Shown here one piece after another: positions 58,829 to 64,000 of a stretch of 64,000 nucleotides of DNA (positions are counted from its first letter, which is position 1; the number at the start of each line of letters is the position of its first letter). Position numbers and translations under genes: made by a program. The notes under the pieces are model-generated. The model was not told where the DNA came from. It worked only from the letters and a program-made list of their open reading frames with translations, and did no database searches. Source of the stretch: Promethearchaeota archaeon (GTDB lineage: Archaea; Asgardarchaeota; Lokiarchaeia; Sigyniarchaeales; SOKP01); assembly GCA_019058445.1 (NCBI GenBank), contig JAHPZA010000010.1:416001-480000 (forward strand), read 5' to 3'.

Positions 58829-59302
58829 ATGGAAGTGAGCGCAATTAAACGGATCTATCAGTCAATTGAAAAGATTATGCCTAGTTTGGGTAACTTATTT
58901 GAATTTGACTATATTCAGGAGAAGCCTGAAATTACTATTGTAAATTTCTGTGACGAGTATAGCTATTTTTTATTCGGTTCGAAAGAAAAACAAGTTCTCT
59001 TGAAATTGAATCGAAAGACAATTCAAAAATTAAAAAAAAAATTACAGAAAAACGAAACAGAAGAACGAAAGAATGAAGAGATTTATTTAAAATTTAAAGC
59101 TGTCCTGAATCAATTAAAACGAATCAATTATTCGTTGGAACATTTAATAGAAGAAAAAGTCAAGTCAAGCTTACTTTCAGCAAGTAAAGAAGAAATTCAA
59201 CTAAAGGAACAGAAAATCATGTTACTTCTGGACCAAAAAAAACAGATTCAAACTGATCTAATGGTATGGATGGACTTTTTAATTGAAGATGGAATGATTT
59301 AA
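58829..59302 (+). CDS. Hypothetical coiled-coil protein
   Basis: 157-aa ORF with GGTGA SD. Confidence 0.6.
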   Translation: MEVSAIKRIYQSIEKIMPSLGNLFEFDYIQEKPEITIVNFCDEYSYFLFGSKEKQVLLKLNRKTIQKLKKKLQKNETEERKNEEIYLKFKAVLNQLKRINYSLEHLIEEKVKSSLLSASKEEIQLKEQKIMLLLDQKKQIQTDLMVWMDFLIEDGMI

Positions 59303-59384
59303 GTAGGACAATTTGCTTGATTCCTCTTTAAATTCCGCTTTCTCGATATTTTAAGAATATAGAGAGGGATTCAATTTTTTCCTT

Positions 59385-59469
59385 AGTCGGATGATGAATT
59401 AATAAAATTTCTTAAGAAATTTGTAATGTTTTCTATTCAATATTTGAAAAATTTATCTTAGATTTAAAT
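59385..59469 (+). repeat. 85-bp direct repeat, copy 2 (orphan tetR 3' end)
   Basis: Translates SDDELIKFLKKFVMFSIQYLKNLS-stop versus SDDEIIKFLTKLVMFSIQYLRDSS-stop. Confidence 0.9.
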
Positions 59470-59507
59470 TATAAAAATAAACAACTAAAAAAAAATTTGA
59501 AAGAAAA

Positions 59508-60320
59508 TTATTTTTTTTTTTGTCTTTCCTTTTGTCTTTCCTTTCGTTGTTCTTTTATCAACTTTTTAATTGTTGCTGAATCAAACTCTTTCATTTCTTC
59601 TAGTTTTCCTATAACTTCGTCAAGTTTGTTTTTGGAATACTCTAAGTTTTTTTGTTTCTTTTCTATTTTTGATAAACGAAATTTTAAATTTGATCTAACC
59701 CCCCGAAAATAATCTAATGCATCTTCTTTTGATTTACATCTGTCAATATTTCTGAGCATCCGCTTTAATGGCTTTTCTCTGAAAAAAGGGTTATTAAAGT
59801 GTTCAGGCGGAGCCATATCTGACATAAGTGCAAAATGATTTGCCCATTTTTCTTTCAGCATCTCAAAATATTCCTTTCCCTTATTAGAAATTGTATAAAA
59901 CTTATGAGCTCTACCATTAATCACTGTTTCTCTATATTCTAAATATTCCATTGTTTCGAGTTCATTTAATATTTTTAAGATTGTTCCCCTCGGAAAATGG
60001 TATTTTTCTTGAAGTTGATACCCCGTTATTCCTTCGGGTAAATCAGATATTACCATTAAGATAATAAAGTGCTTTATTTCCTTAAATGATTCAAGAGTCA
60101 TAGGTAAAGGGGGACCAAAAGGAGGGTGCGTAAATGGATGTGGGGGGCCAAAGGGAGGCGGGGGCGGATAGGGGGGAGGGTAAGATCCATGAGGAGGGCG
60201 TTTTTGAAAATGCATGTGATCCATAGGGAATAACATATGATTATTATCGAATTTAGGATACATGGAATCATGTTCCTCGTAGTGGTTTGAACCAAAATTA
60301 GTTCTATTATCTTTAGACAT
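59508..60320 (-). CDS. PadR-family regulator with Pro/His-rich N-terminus
   Basis: IL..I.....GITGYQL...PRGTI...L..LE...YL...K.Y.IS.KG. Confidence 0.82.
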   Translation of the reverse strand: MSKDNRTNFGSNHYEEHDSMYPKFDNNHMLFPMDHMHFQKRPPHGSYPPPYPPPPPFGPPHPFTHPPFGPPLPMTLESFKEIKHFIILMVISDLPEGITGYQLQEKYHFPRGTILKILNELETMEYLEYRETVINGRAHKFYTISNKGKEYFEMLKEKWANHFALMSDMAPPEHFNNPFFREKPLKRMLRNIDRCKSKEDALDYFRGVRSNLKFRLSKIEKKQKNLEYSKNKLDEVIGKLEEMKEFDSATIKKLIKEQRKERQKERQKKK

Positions 60321-60366
60321 TCAATATCACCATTATTATTTTTTTCATTAAATTTTAGAATTTTTT

Positions 60367-60433
60367 ATATGACTAATTTAGACATATATATATTATAATA
60401 AATACTCATATTTAAATGTGTCTGTTTTAGACA
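60367..60433. promoter_or_regulatory. Two palindromes upstream of padR, putative auto-operators
   Basis: ATATGACTAATTTAGACATAT (60367-60387) and TGTCT-GTTTT-AGACA (60419-60433). Confidence 0.6.
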
Positions 60434-60647
60434 TGTGACAATTAGTTGTCTGACTAACTCTTTTATCTTTAAAATAAATAAAGAACAAAAAAAGTTCTAT
60501 TAGACATTAGATAAATTTCCTCTTTAAAAATAAGACAATATCGTTTAAATTTTCTCCCGTTAATGCATTAGTTAAAAAAAAAGCCCTCCTCATTTAATTC
60601 TAAATGTTCTTTGAGGTAATCAATTTATAAATAGATTTTTTCATTAT

Positions 60648-61280
60648 TTATCCATCCCATTCATCAAATAATGCTATTAAAAAAATAATTTCTGAAATAA
60701 GTAGAAAGAAAACTGCTAATATACTAAGAGGGATGATGGGTAAAGAAAAAATAAGATATACCAATATAATAATTGCACAACATATTATTCCAGTAATAAA
60801 AAAAAAGTATGCCATATTGAACAGTGTTTTTGACTTTAATAGATAATCGTTCTCAGTCAAAAGAGACTTTCGAATTAAAAAAAAAATTAACAATAATACA
60901 CATAAAAGTATCCATGATGCGAATCCGATATAAAAACCTAAATCTAAACCATATGCGTGGCAATGAGAAGGAGGATTACTGACCATAAGATAAACATAGT
61001 AAAGGTGTAGAAAGATTAAAAGGCATTCTATTAGTCCAGCAATTAAAAATTCATTTATTTTGTTTTTAAATAAGAATAGCAATATAAAGATAATTGGTAA
61101 TAAGCTTATCCAGAAGGTTATTATATTAAAACCTAGGATTCTACCCATTGCATATCCGATTTGACCTTTATAAACGAATATACAGCAGTAGCTAATATAT
61201 CCCATACTCCCTGAGAGGAGATAGATAAGAATAAACGTAATATAAATAAATACAAATATTTTATTTCTTGATTTTTCCAT
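60648..61280 (-). CDS. Multi-pass membrane protein
   Basis: Six hydrophobic segments. Confidence 0.6.
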   Translation of the reverse strand: MEKSRNKIFVFIYITFILIYLLSGSMGYISYCCIFVYKGQIGYAMGRILGFNIITFWISLLPIIFILLFLFKNKINEFLIAGLIECLLIFLHLYYVYLMVSNPPSHCHAYGLDLGFYIGFASWILLCVLLLIFFLIRKSLLTENDYLLKSKTLFNMAYFFFITGIICCAIIILVYLIFSLPIIPLSILAVFFLLISEIIFLIALFDEWDG

Positions 61281-61411
61281 TTTTATATTATAATTCTACA
61301 TGGTCATTAAAATATTTTCTTGAGCATAACCGAAAAAGAAGTCTATGAGTGTAATATAAAATAAAGGTCATTTCTCCTATTTCTAATTATAAAATTAAAT
61401 TATTACTAATC

Positions 61412-62536
61412 TCAAACATATCGTTTTTCTATATATCTGATAATCTTAATCAAATCTTCTCCTGTTAAGGCATTAGTCATAAATAAAGGTTCCTCCCTCA
61501 TATTTATTTTCTCTTTTAAATATTCAATTTCAGATGAACTAGCTAAGTCTTTTTTATTAAATACAATGATTAATTCAATTTTTCCTTCTTTTGTAAAGTT
61601 TTCTTTAATCTCATAGTATAATTCGATTTGTGAATTTATTGAATAGCCACAGGCTGGTGTAGGATCAAATACAAATAATATTAAATCTGAAATTAATCTT
61701 AAAGCCAGTATTGCTTGTAGTTCGATATTATTTCTTTTTGCCATCGGGCGATCGAGAATTCCCGGTGAATCAATGATTTGTAACTTAATGGTATCAAATC
61801 TTCTTTTAATTTCTATATGTCCTAAATTCAATTTTTTTGTAGTAAATGGATATTCCTGTACATCAATCTTTTTATTAGTAGATATTCCTTTCACAATACT
61901 ACTTTTACCTACATTAGGGTATCCTGCTACTACAATACAAGGCAATGCATCATCAATTGAAGGAATCTCTCTAAGTCGCCCTCTGATGTTATTCAAATAT
62001 ACTAAATTTTTCTTTTGCTTGTTCATTATTGAAGAAATTCTTCCAAAGGCAGACCTTCTTAGAGAATCCCCTTCTTTGGGTGCTTCAATCTTATTTAACT
62101 TCTTGAGATGTTCACGTTCAATTTGACTCAAAACAGGTAAAATTCCATTTAATTTACCAAGAGTTAGTTTTAGCTCATCAGTGTTCAGCAAAACTGAAGC
62201 CAGTTCTCTATAAAAATCAGGAAGCTCATCAAGCATGGGGACCATTTTGATGATATTTAAAATTCTGTCAATTAATTCTTTTATTGCAACTTTTATTCTC
62301 ATTGTTTCTTTCTTTTTCGCTTTTATGATAATTGGAGCGTTTTTAGAAACTTTCGCTGAACTCTTCATTGCTCTACTAAATGCAATATCTAATAACTCTT
62401 GTGAAGAAGGAACATGATAAAATTCATTGAACGGGTTTTTCATAATTTTAAATATTGTAAAATATAAATGTGATAATAATTCTAAGGAACCGTAAAATAT
62501 TACGTTTTTGGTTATTATTGAATTTTTAAATAACAA
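61412..62536 (-). CDS. NOG1-family GTPase (likely start ATG 62443)
   Basis: L.PDFY.EL, AFGRISS, GYPNVGKSS, YPFTTK, D.PGILDRP...RN.IE.QAI.AL, NKKD. Confidence 0.92.
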   Translation of the reverse strand: MLFKNSIITKNVIFYGSLELLSHLYFTIFKIMKNPFNEFYHVPSSQELLDIAFSRAMKSSAKVSKNAPIIIKAKKKETMRIKVAIKELIDRILNIIKMVPMLDELPDFYRELASVLLNTDELKLTLGKLNGILPVLSQIEREHLKKLNKIEAPKEGDSLRRSAFGRISSIMNKQKKNLVYLNNIRGRLREIPSIDDALPCIVVAGYPNVGKSSIVKGISTNKKIDVQEYPFTTKKLNLGHIEIKRRFDTIKLQIIDSPGILDRPMAKRNNIELQAILALRLISDLILFVFDPTPACGYSINSQIELYYEIKENFTKEGKIELIIVFNKKDLASSSEIEYLKEKINMREEPLFMTNALTGEDLIKIIRYIEKRYV

Positions 62537-62596
62537 TAAATCAAAATAATAGTAAGAAAGTTATTTCATCTAAAAAATTTTTTGGGATAAATTAAT

Positions 62597-63580
62597 ATGA
62601 CTGAAACTAAAGAAGTTTTGTCTAAAAGATCTTTAATAACAATTGGATCGTTATTTTTTTTACTTTTTCTTATAGGAACAATATTATTAGTTTTGGATTA
62701 TAATGAAGCGCTATACATAGAAAATTCTATTGTCCAATTAATCTTTGAAATGATTACATTTACAGGAAACGGATTATTCTTAATTCTAACCATCGCAGTT
62801 TTTAATTTTGTTTATGACAAGCGATTCGCTAAAAATTTCTTTATAATGTGGATTTTTTCTGGAGGTATTAATTCTATGCTCAAGGACATAATTAAAGAAC
62901 CACGACCAGAAACTAATATTACTAAAGCAGCTGACCGGGGATATAGCTCTTCAGGATATGGGTTTCCTTCAGGACATGCCCAAGTCGCAGCAGCCAACTG
63001 GGGGCTTACAGCCTACGAGTTTAAAGATAAAGCACGACCCAATCTTATTCCTGAAATCTTTTCAGTTTTTATATTTCTTGTAGCAATATCTAGGGCTATA
63101 ATAGGGGTTCATAGCCTTAAGCAAATTGTGTGGGGTCTTTTAATAGGGATAGTAATTTTAATTGCTTTTTTATATTTAGAACCAATTATTTCGCAAAAAT
63201 TCAATAGGCTAGGGGTATCAATGAGGGTTGTTCTAGCAATAATAATCTCTCTTTTATATGCTATCTTAGGCACATTACTATTTCCTGAATTTTCAGGGTA
63301 TGGGGTAAATCTATATGCTGTATCAGGAGGCTCTTTATTTGGATTATCGGTAGGCTATATTTTAGAAGGAGAATATGTAAATTATGAACCTTCGGAGTTA
63401 ACTACAAAGCAAAGGGTAATTAATCTCGTAATAGGGATCGCCATTTTAATGATTTTCTTGATTTTTATCTATGGATTGATTGTGGGCACTGATATACTTC
63501 TTTTTATACAAAATGCAATACTATCATTTATAATTACTTTTCTGATGCCTTTATTTTTTACTAAAATTAACCGAAGTTAA
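62597..63580 (+). CDS. PAP2-family membrane phosphatase
   Basis: K.....PRP, FPSGHA, SR...GVH. Confidence 0.9.
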   Translation: MTETKEVLSKRSLITIGSLFFLLFLIGTILLVLDYNEALYIENSIVQLIFEMITFTGNGLFLILTIAVFNFVYDKRFAKNFFIMWIFSGGINSMLKDIIKEPRPETNITKAADRGYSSSGYGFPSGHAQVAAANWGLTAYEFKDKARPNLIPEIFSVFIFLVAISRAIIGVHSLKQIVWGLLIGIVILIAFLYLEPIISQKFNRLGVSMRVVLAIIISLLYAILGTLLFPEFSGYGVNLYAVSGGSLFGLSVGYILEGEYVNYEPSELTTKQRVINLVIGIAILMIFLIFIYGLIVGTDILLFIQNAILSFIITFLMPLFFTKINRS

Positions 63581-63609
63581 TTCTTTTTTTTTTTGTTTAA
63601 TTTAAAAAT

Positions 63610-64000
63610 TTAGATTTTGGATTTTAAATCATCGATCTTGTTCTTAAGTTCAAATTTTTCACCAGATAAATCTAATTTGTCAGGAGGTATGGAATTATAA
63701 AGTTCTAAGATATATTGATAACGATTTAAAGCTCTTTGGTACAGCTTCGCATTTTCTTCTTTTTTAGCTTTTTCTAATAATAATCGTACCTTATCAATAG
63801 TAATTTTGACATCAGAGGGAATATTCTTAAATTTGGCAGATTTAAGTTCGTCTTTTTGTTTTTTCTCATCTAAAAGAGTATCCACTCGTTTTTGAAAGTG
63901 TTCTTCCTGTTCTTGCCTCTTCTGCATTTGAGAGCTTTTCTTTTTAAAATATTCTTCTTCGTAGATTTCTATATGCTTTACTTCTTGGTATAAAATATCA
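63610..64000 (-). CDS. Partial CDS running off the window; coiled coil plus C-terminal MIT/TPR-like helices
   Basis: Frame is open to the window edge; LLEKAKKEE....YQRAL..Y..ILELY. Confidence 0.6.
   Translation of the reverse strand, partial: DILYQEVKHIEIYEEEYFKKKSSQMQKRQEQEEHFQKRVDTLLDEKKQKDELKSAKFKNIPSDVKITIDKVRLLLEKAKKEENAKLYQRALNRYQYILELYNSIPPDKLDLSGEKFELKNKIDDLKSKI

Noticed and set aside
27840-59150. Similar peptides VVEQLKAINYTLKNL (27512 ORF) and VLNQLKRINYSLEHL (58829 ORF)
   Set aside because: Only 15 residues in coiled-coil context, with no similarity outside them
994-62997. Many short ORF-track entries overlapping longer genes (e.g. 994-1311, 3102-3446, 12017-12364, 23959-24267, 34076-34273, 43279-43623, 47450-47752, 56029-56358, 61773-62126)
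   Set aside because: They are antisense or off-frame shadows of well-supported genes or pseudogenes, with no motifs of their own
1-64000. CRISPR array, rRNA or provirus
   Set aside because: No regularly spaced repeats, rRNA-like sequence or viral hallmark genes were recognised

Overview
AT-rich archaeal chromosome segment, most consistent with an Asgard archaeon of the Lokiarchaeia type. This is inferred from ribosomal protein eS30, GPN-loop and NOG1 GTPases, a BHB-intron tRNA, methanofuran genes, a selenocysteine-containing SelD with a eukaryote-style SECIS, and several eukaryote-like domain architectures. 1-22 kb is a patchwork of regulators (TrmB x2, MarR, ArsR, GbsR-like), flavo/Fe-S redox proteins, GNATs and small membrane proteins; four of its promoters share one 21-bp motif. 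22-27 kb holds a LeuA/AksA-family synthase, an IFT52-like GIFT protein, a sugar nucleotidyltransferase and a GPN GTPase. 27.5-34.3 kb is a defence-like islet (NDT-like gene, fused type IIG restriction-modification gene, free-standing LAGLIDADG-HTH gene, methyltransferase pseudogene). 35-64 kb holds a GH52-like hydrolase, tRNA-Trp with a 42/43 intron, zinc-ribbon/MIT/TPR proteins, selD, a HEAT-PCI-Ig protein, a MaoC pair, mfnF/mfnE-like genes, a solo tnpB, TetR/PadR loci, NOG1 and PAP2. Signals the ORF track misses: UGA readthrough in selD, probable ATT and ATC start codons in two conserved genes, the tRNA intron, a 55-aa zinc-ribbon gene, two gene fragments in permuted order, and an 85-bp duplication of a tetR 3' end. 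No CRISPR array or rRNA was seen. All family calls are by-eye motif recognition, not database searches.
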